A stretch of DNA of 64,000 nucleotides from the NCBI GenBank assembly GCA_051294375.1, contig JBJCIZ010000744.1:1726262-1790261 (forward strand), written 5' to 3'. The translations under genes and the position numbers were made by a program. The stretch is from Paraspadella gotoi (lineage: Eukaryota; Animalia; Chaetognatha). The notes below the pieces were generated by a model. That model saw only the letters and a program-made list of their open reading frames with translations, did not search any database and was not told where the DNA came from. Below are positions 40,301 through 53,595 of this stretch, piece by piece. Position 1 is the stretch's first letter. The number at the start of each line of letters is the position of its first letter.

Positions 40301-40845
40301 ATGCATGAATAAATGAATAAATGAAGAACAACAAGAATGAATGAATGAGATTTTGGAGGACAAGAACGAGGCCTTGGACGCACAATATCGTAGAGAGCGC
40401 AGCCTACCAAATATACCCCACAACAAATCCCATTTAATCTCGACTTTCCCCCCCCCCCACCTCTCCGAATCCAGCCACGCCACCCTCGCCACCAAACCCA
40501 CTCTCCCCCCAGCCCCCACCACCGTCTCCAACTTCCCCCTTCTCCCCTCGATCCCTCGATCCTCCTCTTCTTCCAAAAAGCCAACGGTCGAATCCCCGCT
40601 TCCTTCATTCCTCGAGACTTCGAGCCGGATTCTTCACGGCCAAGAAGCGTCAGCGGGTGGAGGCCGTGGAGACGAAGCGGGCAGCGAAACGGGCGGAGCG
40701 GAAGAGAAAGTACGAAGAGAAGAAGCGGGCAGAAGCGGGTGAGCGGGCGAGGCTGGAGGCGTTGACGGAGGCGGGAGGCGAGGAAGGGGTGGAGGAGCCG
40801 ATGGGATATCAACCGATGGGGTTCAAGTTTGGGCAGATGAAGTAG
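29932..40845 (+). CDS. ICE2: Little elongation complex subunit 2 (ICE2/NARG2); exons 29932-30072, 30268-30860, 31082-31331, 31626-32185, 32573-33026, 33300-33562, 34306-34869, 37065-37711, 37919-38263, 38783-38936, 39714-39959, 40475-40845
   Basis: YPRHS.L...EQRDY, DLNAEKIA.KY, WQIPVVV, KVVYLDKPLP....PREMN.IF, NVQYGLWS....LLVRS, KLEYQAKFGCE, LPPGNFLLDH, PLDP.....FQ...GRIPASF match NARG2/ICE2 conserved blocks. Two apparent frameshifts fall in the last exon. Confidence 0.88.
32211..32393 (+). mobile_element. tRNA-derived SINE-like repeat (5'-truncated copy)
   Basis: B-box-like gggttcaatccc is followed by a body nearly identical to the reverse complement of 34971-35140. Confidence 0.7.
34971..35183 (-). 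mobile_element. tRNA-derived SINE-like repeat (fuller copy)
   Basis: On the minus strand: A-box-like tggctgagcagg, B-box-like gggttccatccc, a body shared with 32211-32393, and an A-rich tail (aaaataataaataaataaa). Confidence 0.7.
35762..36589 (-). CDS. NAT16: Last two exons (36589-36213, 36000-35762) of a NAT16 / histidine N-acetyltransferase-like gene, antisense inside ICE2 intron 7; 5' exons not found
   Basis: The minus-strand GT-AG intron 36212-36001 (phase 1) joins ...RLLSSSACQQRLVPSG...RLTFCTTR to GIGFNSGVRLIVDFYG...LHLRR...VLQVLLPP...FGFELKGSLLFYGLEIDI*. This parallels the remembered NAT16 C-terminal domain (LLLSPSVQRDVLPGG...LTLCT...LNIDAFG...WHLQR...LGLEL...YLLEADI*). The upstream acceptor is an atypical GAG. 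Confidence 0.7.
39090..39275 (+). mobile_element. Repeat containing a degenerate tRNA-like cloverleaf (39122-39193); internally deleted reverse copy at 15775-15893
   Basis: gcggcca...tggtcgc acceptor-like stem, ggggttctagccc T-arm and ctcccaa loop. Both flanks match the reverse complement of 15775-15893, which lacks most of the tRNA part. Confidence 0.6.
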
Positions 40846-41134
40846 ACGAAAATTTTAAAGAGGGAGAGAACTACTTATTTACTATTTATATAAACTAACG
40901 AGGCAAAAAGTATATCACATATTTAGTGGCGCACATCTACTCGAAAACTTGTTCGATTTAAAAAAAAATGTTCTGTTCTGTTCTGAATGTTTGAGATTCT
41001 ATATTAAATTTCCTTTCGATTCTATTTTTTATAGCTCAAATGGTATAGGCAAAAAAAGATCGCTACCGAAAGTGAAAAATGGCGAAAAAATCAGTTAGTC
41101 TTCCTCCCCTATTAATTTATCAGCAATAGACTTG

Positions 41135-41232
41135 GACTCGCGTTAAAAGTGTGGAAAAATATCTCACCATCACACCTGAATTCGCTGTACGAGAACATGC
41201 CCAGACGAATGCAGGCGGTAGTCAATGTTATG
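41135..41232 (+). mobile_element. Tc1/mariner transposase C-terminal remnant
   Basis: Translates to KVWKNISPSHLNSLYENMPRRMQAVVN, the W..I....L..L..SMPRR..AV motif at the end of Tc1 transposases. Confidence 0.7.
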
Positions 41233-41705
41233 ATTTGTTAAGATCACAAATTGAAAGTCAGAAAGAATTATCGTGATTTATCATCGGATAAGCTTATTAC
41301 CTACCGCTTAATTATCGAAGGCAGTTCCGACGTTGTTTGCTCAAACTTGTTTCTTTCCAAATAAAAAAACGCAACGAAAAGAGAGAACTTACACGATATT
41401 AATTATAATAATTACAAGATAATAACATGGAAGGACCCTGCAAAGCTTTCAATAAAGACTATTACAGTACGTGACTCTTCTATCAATTGTTTAAAATATA
41501 TGAAAGGACCACTTCGCACTCCCTAAAGTATGTTTAATTAAAACTTCATACAGGGCAGGGTAACTTCACGATTTGCAGTCAAAATATTTTGTCAAAAAAA
41601 AGTAGGAGAGCCAAGGGCTCTGTGAGTTAATAAACCAGAATGATTAATTGAAAGCTTGCAAGGCCCTTCTATGAAAAATCAAGTTCAAGTTCAACCTTCA
41701 ATCCT

Positions 41706-41935
41706 TTCCAAATTCAGGGACAAGATATCTTACTTATCTTCCAAATTCAGGGACAAGATATCTTACTTATCTTCCAAATACAGGGACAAGATATCTTACT
41801 TATCTTCCAAATTCAGGGACAAGATATCTTACTTATCTTCCAAATTTAGGGACAAGATATCTTACTTATCTTCCAAATTCAGGGACAAGATATCTTACTT
41901 ATCTTCCAAATTCAGGGACAAGATATCTTACTTAT
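41706..41935. repeat. 33-bp tandem repeat x7 derived from the fold-back element arm
   Basis: Unit ttccaaattcagggacaagatatcttacttatc resembles tccaaagtcaggggcaagatagctat of the 11222-11743 family, and both flanks continue that family's sequence. Confidence 0.9.
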
Positions 41936-43747
41936 TGAATAAAAAACAATTTTTACATTGGTTTCACCTATGTAACAAAGCAGCATGAAAAATGATTTTT
42001 GTTTTGTCTTCAAATGGAGTTTTTTTATTGACTCAAATTTAAACTCAGACATTGGAGCGACTTCCCTCGCTCTACCTCTTTTCTATTTTCCGGTCGATAT
42101 GAACTTGTAGGAGCAGGAAACTGGAAAGCGATAAAGAACTGGGACGAACCGACTGGAGCAAAGAAGACCACAAAGACCTAGCGGCTCCATTTTTTGCTCT
42201 GCTGGGGACCATCTTTACTGCAGCGGCTGAGTGAGCGTTCCTGGGTTTCGTAGGAGCGGAAGGCAAAAAAGTCTTTTTGTTGCTCCTGCTTCTTGGACCG
42301 CCGCTCCAGCGATCACGCGCAGGCCGCTCCTGTCGTGGTGGAAAAAGAAAAATCCGGGGGCAACTGGAGCGAAAATGTAGCGGTTGCGTAGGAGCAAAAA
42401 AAGAGAGAGGGAGAGAGAGACTGGCTGCTCGGTGCCACCGTTGCGTGCCATCGCTAACGGTGGCGGCGGCGGCGGCGCAGCGCAGTCGGCTGTTCTTCCG
42501 TAGCAGATTTCTGCGTTATTGGAAAAAAAAAAATTCTGGTTCCATCATTCTCTCTCTCTCTTTTTCTCTCTCTCTCTCTCTCTCTGATTTTTTTAAACAC
42601 CTCGGTTCGATTATTGGTTTAAAAGATTGACTAATTTTTTTATGCTAATATTTTATTTTTTTTCGCTTTTTTCTTCTCATTTTCTAACGTTCCTCTCTCT
42701 CTTTCTCTCCCCCTCTCTCTCCCCCTCTCTCTCTCTCCTTCTCTCTCTCTCCATCTCTCTCTCTCTCTTTTCTACTATTTTCTCTCTATTATCCGTTCTC
42801 TTCTTTTCCTCGATTTATGTCTCTTCAAAAAAAAATGAAGAAACAGAAAAAAAAAAAAACCAAAGGTTCTAAAGAATAAAAATGGGTTTTTGATTTCCAG
42901 AGGAAAAAGTAAAGGACGGGAAAAGAGGAAAAAAGGAGGACGTTTAAGGATGAAATGAAAAGAATGATAATAAAACAGTCAAAATGCTTTCATCCCTTCT
43001 TATCGTATAACCGATTCCTAACTTTCTCTTTTTTTTGGTTGAAGCGCAGAGAAAGGGAGAGAGAGAGAGAGGGGACAGATAAAGTAACCGTGACAGAGCT
43101 TTAGGGGGGGTGGGTAGGGGGCGAGAGAGAACAGATTTGGGGGGGCGGAAGTCTTTGGTTTCCCCTCATTAAATTTCCATTTCTTCTCTTCTTTATCCTT
43201 TTTTTTTTTCCCTCTTTTTGATAACAGCATTTCGCCATCTCGCGGCTTTTAAGAAAACGATATCGAATCCCTAGGTTTTTTTTTTCTCTTTTCTTTTAAA
43301 AGAGAGAGAGAGAGAGAGAGTAAACGTGAGAGGGCGTGGTCTTGAGTGAAGCAAAGGATATTTTGAAAAGCTTTTTTTTATTAATTTTAGATTATCTTAT
43401 AATAAAAATTATTTAATTTGCAAAATAATGCATCAACAATTACAATGAAAATTTAAAGACATTAAAATTTTTTTCCCAATGTTATCCCACCGAGTTCTAG
43501 TTTTATAATAGAAATCAAAATGACAAACTTTTTTTTAAAACCGTTTCTCTTTCGCTGTTTTTTATTTCCTCGTTTTTGTAAGTATGAGTTTTTTGTTTTC
43601 TTTGTTTTTTTTATTTTTTGCATTTATATTTATAAAATAAGCTCACTGGAAAATAAATTGTCGTTGACCGTCTTGTATCTTAAGTCATATAATTTTTAAT
43701 CAAATTTTAATCTCTGAGAGACAAGTTTGATCAAGACTGTTCGAAAT

Positions 43748-43801
<54 letters not shown>

Positions 43802-46800
43802 GAAATGATTATAATTTCGTTCGTCGTCTTAAATTCCTCGCAATTTTTCTCGATTGTTTCATGCAAATTTATGTAAACGTCTCTTCAAACGCGAACGAAT
43901 CCAAAGAGAAAAAGGAGATGAGAAAAAAAGGAAACGAAAAGGAAAAAAAGGAAAACGTAAAGGAAAAAAGGAAACAAAAAAAAGGAAACGGAAAAAGAAA
44001 CCAACAAGAAACATGAATGAAAAAATGGAAAACTGATGCCAGTTGACAAGTAGAAATGTGTTGAAACAATAACCGAGATTCAAATGTGTGTTTCGCCTCG
44101 GGGATTTTCTTATGTATTTTTAACATGCACTGTATCTGAAAACGTTTTTTATTCTTCATTTTTTTTTAAAAACAAAAGGTTTTGCTAACAGTCGCTGAGA
44201 TTTGAGGTTCCTTCCCGCTCATAAAAAATAACGAAAGAGCAACCAAATATAAGGAGCAGTAAATTTTGGGTCATGCGATCGATTTTTAACGTGATCAAAA
44301 CGGGGTCAAAATTGATCACGAGGAGTTCTGTAATATAAAATTCAATCATATATTTAATTAATATAACTAGTGGAGCGCAGTATAACATTGAAGCATTTAA
44401 ATATTTATCAATTTATAGGCACTGAAAAAAAAATTATATAAAGTTGTTTTTTTTTTTTAAGAACGGATTCAGAAAGCCCATACAAATTTATCTACAAAAA
44501 GTATAATACGTTTTTCAATATTTCGCTGATAAGTGGGTTAAATAAGGGAAAAACCTTTAAAAATCATCATCATCATCATTTCAGATGGAATAAGAACCAA
44601 GAATTGAATCGGATCCGCGATTGGCTGAATCATCGTCGGAATCAACCAATGAGAAGACGGGCTTCTTGCCATCGGGAAAACGAGCCCGTGTCGTTGATCC
44701 GATTGTATGCTATAATTATAGTATAAGTACTATTATAGTATAAATACTTGACCATTTTGTACTGAATCAATCTGTCTCAAATTCTGGACACTGTCTTGCG
44801 CTTGGTCTTACTCATATAATAGGAACACCTTCGTACGTCTTTCTCTTATCCTTTCTCTTAGCCTTTTATTGGGCTCTTCAACAACTTTTATAGGACTCGG
44901 TTCTTCGTCGGATGGCCCGAACTGCTCGTCCAGAGGGGCAGAATTTGCAGCCTTTGCTTTCGGAAGTTAAAGGCTCTCGAGCTACATTAGTAGTTTCTTT
45001 GAACAACGAATTTTTATTTTTAATTAATTTTTTTAAATTTAATTTAAAAGAAACATCTCGCATATTGATTATTTTAATTGTTTAAACAATTAATTAATTA
45101 AATATTTAATTAAATAACCGCTAATGATCGTGGGCAGATCCGACTTTGATTGCTCAAACTTGTTTAAACAATTAATATAATTAATATGCACATTACACGA
45201 AATGTTTTAAAAATATAAAAAATTAATTAATTAATTAATTAATTTGATCCTCCTCCCCTCTTCCTCCACCTCCTCCCCCTCCCCTCTTTCTCTTCCCTTC
45301 TCCCTCCATTAACATCATCCACGCCTTCCCCCTCGCTTCATTCCCTCCCCCATCGTGATAGGCGTCGTTAGACGTTACTTTCTTCAGGCGAAACGTAAAA
45401 TCTAATTTGCATATTATCGGTTTCTTCTTTCGCGATCGCGTGCGTCTTCCGCCGCGAGTGCGTCGCGTGATGGAGAGAGAGAGAGAGATATGATCTTTCT
45501 CTCTTTATCTTCTCAACTTCTGATCCATTCGCGCCTCACGACGCTTAGCGCCGCATCTGGGCGTCAAAGGAATGTAAAAAAAAAAGCGATAGATTGGAAA
45601 TTAAATGAGGAGAATTAATTTGAATCTTCTAAAGGGATGTGATTAAAAATAATTTTAAACCTATTGACTTTCCTAATACTAAATCACAATCCGTGATCAA
45701 ATCTTTAACCACAATTCATAACCTTCATCTCACATTTTAAATCCGAAACCATTTTCAATTAGTCGATTGAGATTACCTTCCATCTTGTTAAACAAAAACT
45801 GACCAATGGGAACGACTTTGAGGACGCATTTCGACGCAAATCTTGGAATTCTCAATCACTAATAATACTTTTATCTTTTGAAAACTTCTAGTAAGGTTTT
45901 TCTGGCATCCCAAACCTTTCCCCTCGGTTCAACGCCCCCGCGAAATCCGTTGAGATACGAAAAATGGCGCCGGCATGAATTGACGATTGCAACATCTTAA
46001 GTCGGGGAGAGATTCGCCTTTGTTTATAGGGAATAAGAAGCACGCCGGGTTTAGGATTGACTCCGGCGCGTCTTTTACGAAAAGCGCCTTCGAAGGTTCA
46101 ACCACCTGATTAGCCCCCCCCCCCAGATTACTTCGATCAGGTCGGGTAAGGGGAGTCGATAATGTGGGCGTGGCAAAAGTTGACTCAGATGTCAAACGAC
46201 GTCGTCGGCGTCCGAAGCGCCTGGCAGTTTTTCTCCTCATGAATGCGAAAATCGGTCGTGATCGATGTCCCGGTGCGCGGAGCCGCAGAGCCGCTGAACC
46301 GCAGAGCCGCAGAAGCCGCTTAATAATTTAGTCGCTCGGAAGGATTGAGGTCGTCGCTGGGAAATCGTCGTCGTTATCGTCGTCGTCTTAACATCGTAAC
46401 TTGTCACCGATTAATTTTTGATCAAAATCCTTTTTATTTATTTATATATTTATTCATTTACTTATTTAATTCTTTCTTTCTTTGTTCTTTCTTTCTTTCT
46501 TTCATTTCGATTTTTTTTTTTCAATGGCGCTACACCAAAATATTAATTTATCTATATACTAAGTGTTAGTTACTTCGTTAAAACTAATTTGCATATTGCA
46601 GTTTAAATTCTATATTGTATTTTTAGTTTTTTCAAAAAAACCAAGTAATTCAAAAGACAATTATTTTTTATCAAGGTATTTATCCGGGTATTTATTATTG
46701 TTAAAACTGATTATAATACATTTTCGTATTCAGTATAATAAAATAATAATATATATAAGGGCTCATTCTTTTTGATCTAATACTAATAACAATGTACTTG

Positions 46801-49800
46801 AAGTACTAAGCGAAAATCTTTAATCGTTAGCCTCTCCAATAATACACAAAAAAATTTCTGTGCGTTTAGAAAATGTGAATAATATAAATGTAAATAAATA
46901 ATTTAAATGATCCTAAACGAAATGACAGGGGAAGAGCTAAAAAGGATCTCAAACTTTAGAGAGAAGGATCTCAAGGTGACCCAGTGATAAAAATGATATC
47001 ATCAGGTTAAGGGTTTATCATCAAAGTAATTTAAATGGTGCTAATTTTATTTCAAGAGCGTTCGTCAGAAAAAGAAATAATAAAGGAAGTCAAACTAGAA
47101 AAAAGATTTGTTTTAAAGTTTTCCAATTATTTCACTGGCTCAACCGATTTAAATTTTTTTTGTGCACCGATCGATAGCTCATTAAAAGAAGTTCATTTTT
47201 TACATTTTTTTTTCAGTTTAACTAAAAACATTGACATATTTGAAGCATGAAAGTGGGAACTTTTTTATGCGCCGGAGTGTAGAAGATCTTATGGTACCTT
47301 ACCTTCCTACCTAATATGAACTGGAGAAATAAATTATTTTTTGACCGACCGACCGACCGAAAAGTGACTCATCGAGTTGCTCCGCGAGTACTCGCGGCGC
47401 AACGAAAAAAAAACCCCGCCAGGTTTGTTAAAAATAGAGACGGCGAAGTTATATATAACCCGGTCGATCGCTCATAAAATAACTAAGAACGAAAAAAAAA
47501 AACCTGGTACGGTCGCATGAAAAGAAATCGTAAAAACGGATTAGATGACAGTTAACGATTACGGAGAGAGAGAGAGAGAGAGAGGAGAGAAACTCCTTAG
47601 TTTATGAAATCGAAGCGGCAGGTGGTGGGTCGGTGCCTGCATAACTATAGGCTTAGCGATAATTCTTCTTGACTCACGCGGCGCGAGAACACGTTTGCCC
47701 CCACGCCTCGTTATACTCTGTGATATTCTTTCTATAGAGTTATTGAAACAATGATGTTTTTATTCCGGCCGTGCTACTTTTTAGATTTAATTTGAAAAAA
47801 AAAACTTAAACGGTTAGATTTGCACTCCATTTTCGCGGGAGTTGGTTGAGAAGCAAGAGAGAGAGAGAGATGAGAGATAGAGAGATGAGAGAAAGAGAGA
47901 TGAGAGATAGAGAGAGAGAGAAAGAGAGAGAGAGATAGAGAGAGAGATGAACGCTTACGTCAATATCTCAACGTAATACGACAGGTCAAAAGCAATTTGG
48001 GGAAAATGGTAGAAACCAGAGAAAGATCTGAAAGAATGAAGGGAGGCTGGAGTAAGGCGATTTAAGTAAGTAAAGAGAGGGGGGGGACTGAGGCGAGTAA
48101 GTTAAACGAGAATAGTAAGGCGAGTAAGTTAAGTTAATCGAGAAGAAACTTTTTGAAGATATTCAACTCATGAAGGAAAGAAAAGGCTGAAAAAAAAAGA
48201 CCGCAGTCGCCCCCCCCACCCCCCCCAAAAAAAAGGTTGGCCGCCAAAAGGGACCCTCGGGGATTTTGGGGGGCAGGATTCGCTTCCGCCCCCACGCCTC
48301 GCCCCTTTTCACTCTACCCATCCAATCCCACGCAGTCACCCCTCCAGCATCTCCTATCGCCCTTAGCCGGACACAATTTACGACCCGCGAGACCCGAGGA
48401 GCTCGTCGGTTCAATAAGATGGCGCTCGAGCTATGGTAGGCGATGCGTTTGGCAGGCGAAATGACACGTCGGGAGTGACAGGTTGAGTGACAGAGCGAGT
48501 GACCTGGCGTGCGAGACGTTGAATGACACGGCGAGTGACAGAGGGATGGACACGGTGAGAAGACACTGGAAAAAAAAGGGAAAAAAATCTTTAAAAATTT
48601 CTATGTACTTATTAAGAAATTGTTTTGCTCCAAACCTAACCTTAATTCTCAATTTTAACTTAATTTTTAAGCTTAACCAAAAATATTAATTTAAAAAAAT
48701 TTAATCCATAAATTTTAATCTTAAACTTAAGTTCTTAACCATTTGTAAAAAAAATATCTACAGATTAGTATTCACTAATATGATAGTTTTCAAAATATAA
48801 CTACTAAATTTTGATTCCAAACTTTCACTTCACCATAGAAATCAGAAAACTAATCTAATTCTAATCCTTAACTTAATCCTAAACTAATTATCTAACTTTA
48901 AACTTAAATCTCATTTTTTTAATTTAAAAATTTATTTAGTTTTTAATTTAAAATTGAAATGGGCCGTTCTGGGAAAATAAAGCTTTGACGTCCCCTTCCT
49001 TTTTCTTCCTCTTCTTTTTCCCGTAAAAACGTCGGACAAAAGACGAGATGGCGGATTGTGAGAGATGGCACTAAAATGGGGATTATGGCAAATGGCGAAT
49101 CGGGAGGAAGTTGGGGGGGGGGAAGTCGGAAATGAAACCGGAAGATATAGATGGAATTGGGAAGATATGGATAGGGAAAAAAATGGGGGGAAGAGATGGA
49201 AGTGAAAGTTAAGTGAGGCGTGGAGATTTGGAAATTGGTCACTTCCTGTCGCCGACCACCAAATCTGGGAAACTCGTTATCGTTGCCATCATCGTCGTTG
49301 TTTTTCTCGTGGTCGGTGACCCGAGAAAAATACCTAAAAATTATCTGATCAGCTGCTTACCACTAATGATCGTTGGCAGTTCCGGCATTGTTTGTTCATA
49401 CTTTTTTCTTAAGTATTTTACAAAGAATTGCCGTATCTGAAAACTCCAGGTTCGAATTCCTGGCAAGGACGTTTGGCCAAATTTTACTGTGTTCACAACC
49501 AGAAGGTTAGGATTTCCGCTTAGTTTAATGAGGGACGTTTGATTCCAAAGGTCATTAAAATGTTACATCCTATTTTTTTTAAAACTCGTCAGCATTCAAC
49601 AATAATAAGTAGACAGGCAAGTTACATGGTTGTTTATAATGTTATTTTAAATATTTTACATTTACTGATAGGAAATGATGTCAATATTGTTGATGTAACA
49701 TTTCAAATCAATCGACCCACGCGTTTAAAAGTAATCTACAAAAAAAGGTCCTTTTCCACGCCCAATTTTTAAAACAAATCTGCGTTCGTTTAAATTTTCT

Positions 49801-51125
49801 TTTTGGTTCCACTTAAATTTTTAGCTGAGGCCGAGTGACTTAATTGGTAATAAAAAAATTGATTTTCTTTGATATCTTTTGAACCAAAAATGATAGAACG
49901 ATGAGACTGGTATCATATTAATGCCATAATTATGGGCATCTTTTCCATATAATTTTTCTCAAATATTTCAACGGATTTTTGTAAAATCTGGATCGGAATC
50001 TTAGTCAACAGTATAACAACTTTTGAAATTAAATTAAACACACTTGGCTGTATTTAAAAAAATAAATAAATATAGATTCTGAAAGAGAAAACATAGAATT
50101 ATGTTTCTGATATAAACAAAAATTTTCTATTCTTCAAATGTTTATATAATTACTAAGGATAATGAATTATCATTTTGTTGAAAATAAAAAGATTTAAAAA
50201 ATTCATGTAGGAACCCTAAAAAACATATGATTTAAATATGAAAATTATGGAGTTCAAACTTTGTTCCGGCTGATTTAAAAACTACTGACATAGGGCTAAA
50301 AGACTATATTATCAGATTTTTAAATTTTTGTCATCTTCAGGTGCAAATTAAAACCTTTGCATAATGCCCATTAGCTATATTGATATAACAATTTTTACTA
50401 AAAAAGCATTACAATCTTTTAATAACACGCTAATGCATGTAGCTGTATGGTAAAATTGTTGTTTTTGATTTTGATTATAATACAAGGCTTTTATCAATAA
50501 AGGGGTAAATTGCAAAGAAAATGAGTTATTTCGAGGCTCCATATTGATTCTATGATATCAATGAATTTTCTTTGTTCCGGCAATGAAATGTACCTAAGAC
50601 ATTGTTGTTTCATTAGCTAATCTTTATTTTTATAATTTTAAAGGGCAATGTTTGGCAAAAACAGTAAGAAACAAAAAATGACACAACAATTTTTGAGAGA
50701 AAAAATTGGATTAATTGCTATTATTTCTACTATGACGTCAATTTATTTTTTCGTTATGTGCTTGAAAGTTAGGCTAAACCCAACAGAATCGGAATCAGTG
50801 CATGACCGCTGTAATATTTATTTGACTTATACAGTAAATACGAAAATAAAAAAAAAATTAAAAGAATTCAGAATAAGCGCCGTGTTTTATTTTCAGTATT
50901 TTTTAGTCAAGACCTTTATGGATTTTTTGTTCCGGCGGCGTTGGATAGCCCCAAACACTGCAGTTTCAGAAATCATCCATGGTTTTGGAATATTTACTGC
51001 GCTACTGGTGCAAAAATTGCTAGGAACCAAAATTATCAAGAAACCGCTTCGTTCTTCGGATTTTTTTTAAAGCGCGGAGCGACATATCTATAATAAGTTT
51101 AAAGTAAATACTCTTCTCAGTACCT

Positions 51126-51208
51126 GGTTAGACTGGCCGAGAGGTCTAAGACCCTGGTTAAAGACACAAGTCTCTGTGGGATGTAGATTCAAAACCCAAC
51201 ACAGATAT
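51126..51208 (+). pseudogene. Degenerate tRNA-Leu(AAG)-like pseudogene or SINE head
   Basis: tggccgagaggtctaagaccctggttaaagacacaagtctct...gtagattcaaaaccca aligns with TGGCCGAGCGGTCTAAGGCGCTGGTTTAAGGCACCAGTCTCT...GTGGGTTCGAATCCCA, but the stems are disrupted. Confidence 0.7.
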
Positions 51209-52879
51209 CCCTTTGACTTTGACGCTATTTTCATTTTCGACTTTCACTCACATTTTCGCTCCATCATTCACGTTGATATCTTCGTTTTGCATTTGACAAA
51301 ACTATTCTCCTCGTGTTCACGAATGCAAAAACCTCGTTCTCGCATTCGCCGTCGACTGTGAACTGGCGGATCCATTTTCACGTGAGGTTTTCTGTGATGG
51401 GAAACTCGTTTTCCAAGGTGACGTTGCGATGGGATAAGGGAAAATAACTGAAAAGAAGAGAAAAGAAAAGAGAGAGAGAAGGAATATTAAAATTATCTAT
51501 CTATATGGTAAAAATATGGTAAAACATGTATCATGTAATCTTGTAACTTTCATATATGTTTTTATATCACCAAATTGTACTCAATGGCTCAATAGTAGAA
51601 TAATAATACTTAATGACTCTCTAACGAAAGGTCAAAATAAAAGAAAATAAGAAACAAGAAGAAAAATTTGGACGTGAATTAATTAGATGAAGAAAAGAAA
51701 AGAAAGATCCAATGTGTTGCGCCGCAGTGACTTTCTTTTCACATGTATTTCCCTGTGATTTCATGAGGAAATTTTATGTATTTATTTTTTATAGATTTAG
51801 AATTTCCTGACGGCGGCGCTGTCTTAACAAATGAACAACCAATTATAGGCGAGTTATGTCTTATGTGCATTTTTAACGTAAGTGGGACTGACCCTTTTAA
51901 CCATAACCACCACTAACCCTAGACTACCCTTAAACCACCCTAACCCTTAACCCTTAACCCCAGTCGGCGAAAGTAAAATTAACACAAAACGGGGCTTACG
52001 GATAAAAACAATAACTGTAATAGAACATTTCGATTTAAACCTCTCGATAGGGATTAGCAGTATTCGACGAAATTTTTATTTTTCTATCGGCCGAAAAATA
52101 ATAGGGAATTTGATTTCCAAAAAACAAGGCCTTTTGAAATAGTTACTGTATGGAAAATACTAAAAAGAAAAATTTTATTTAAATCTAGATACTGTAAGGT
52201 TAAGTTTAACTAAAAACCGAAAAAGAAATCTTTCAAATAAGAAAAATATTGGAATAGTACAAAAAGCAATATTTCTTTTTATTGTAGCGCAAAAACTAGG
52301 CTTTCCTCGCAAAACCTCTGGTTACAGGAGATGCAAATGGATTTTCTCTCAACAAATTGATCATTCTTAATGCGCAAAAATGATGCGCAAAAATGCGCCA
52401 GCAGCAGTTCTGGCGATAGTCATTTTATATCATCTTTCCTACTGTATATTAAGGCCTATGAATCATCCATATGTATGAAACTTATATAATATTATATATT
52501 ATGATCTTAAGATTTATTGTGCCCTTTTTCCTGCTTACAACAATTCCTCCTTTGCTAAATATACTTGATATCTAGAATTATTATAATGGGCAATATATTT
52601 ATTATAGTCTTTATTTTTAACCATTTTAAAACATAAACCTAAAGAACCATTGTTGATCCACAATTTCTGATACTTTTAATAAAATTGGTCCACTGGCTTT
52701 TACGTGGTGTATTTTGTTTCTTTTTATCTATGATTTGAGATTTATTTTCGGTATTCATTTTTTCTTTGAGTTCAAAGAATTAAAACCGAAATATAAATCT
52801 CTTTAGAATCGGAGATTGTATAAAAATAAAGAGAAAAGAAAAGGGAGGAAAGGGAAAGAGATGAGGGGAATAAAGTGGC

Positions 52880-53595
52880 GCAGATTTACGTCAATTTACG
52901 CCATTCTACGCCAAAGCATCTTAACTTCAGTTTTATTTCGAAAATGAAAAAAGTTTTTACGCCACAAAATTAAATGTTATTAATATGGTTTTCTGTTCAT
53001 TTTACGCCATTTAATGCCAAACCTGTATAAAAAAGGCCGGAAAAATTTAAAACAACTCAACTGAGTAGTTTTTACTAGAAAATAAACAAAAAGTTTTTAA
53101 CGCCACAGAATTAATTAATATTTATATGGTTTTTTGTTCAGTTTACGCCATTCTACGCCACATCTGTATAAAAAAAGGCGGATAAATCTTTAAACCACTT
53201 ACTCTGAATAGCTTTTACTAGAAAATAATCAGAAAGTCTTTACGGCCACATCATGATATCATATTAAACGGTTTTACCTTCATTTCACGCCATTTTACGC
53301 CACAATTCTTTTCCAAATTTAAATATAAACATTTACAATTATTTATTTTGATATATTTTAAAATTTTTTTTGGAAAAATCATTAACGCCACATATGTAAT
53401 TAGGAAATAATACGTTTTGGCGTAGTTTTTACGCCACCCAGCGCCAACAACACGTAAAAAAAAAAAGAAATCAAATCTGAATCCAATACTACAATGTATT
53501 CTTAATTAGAAAAAAGCGTTTTTCAAAATTTTGGTTGAATATCCTTGACAGTAGTAAGGAGGCAGAAACGTTACTCCAAATTGACGTAAATCAGT
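52880..53595. mobile_element. Element with 15-bp inverted ends and internal about 140-bp tandem units rich in TTTACGCCA
   Basis: gatttacgtcaattt near 52883 and aaattgacgtaaatc near 53578 are perfect inverted repeats. About 2.5 internal units begin aaagtttttacgccac. Confidence 0.6.

Noticed and set aside
40540-40640. Two frame changes in the last ICE2 exon, plus one near 28800 in the unknown gene, considered as programmed frameshifts or pseudogenisation
   Set aside because: They fall in or beside short homopolymer/pyrimidine runs and conserved motifs continue in the shifted frame, so consensus indel errors are more likely. Raw reads would settle it.
41656-41988. 110-aa ORF with SSKFRDKISYL repeats
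   Set aside because: It is a by-product of a 33-bp satellite derived from a MITE arm, with no splice context or codon bias.
44810-44990. Minus-strand open stretch tested as an upstream NAT16 exon
   Set aside because: There are stops in all frames following the acceptor and no GNAT motifs. It is more likely a decayed transposon fragment.
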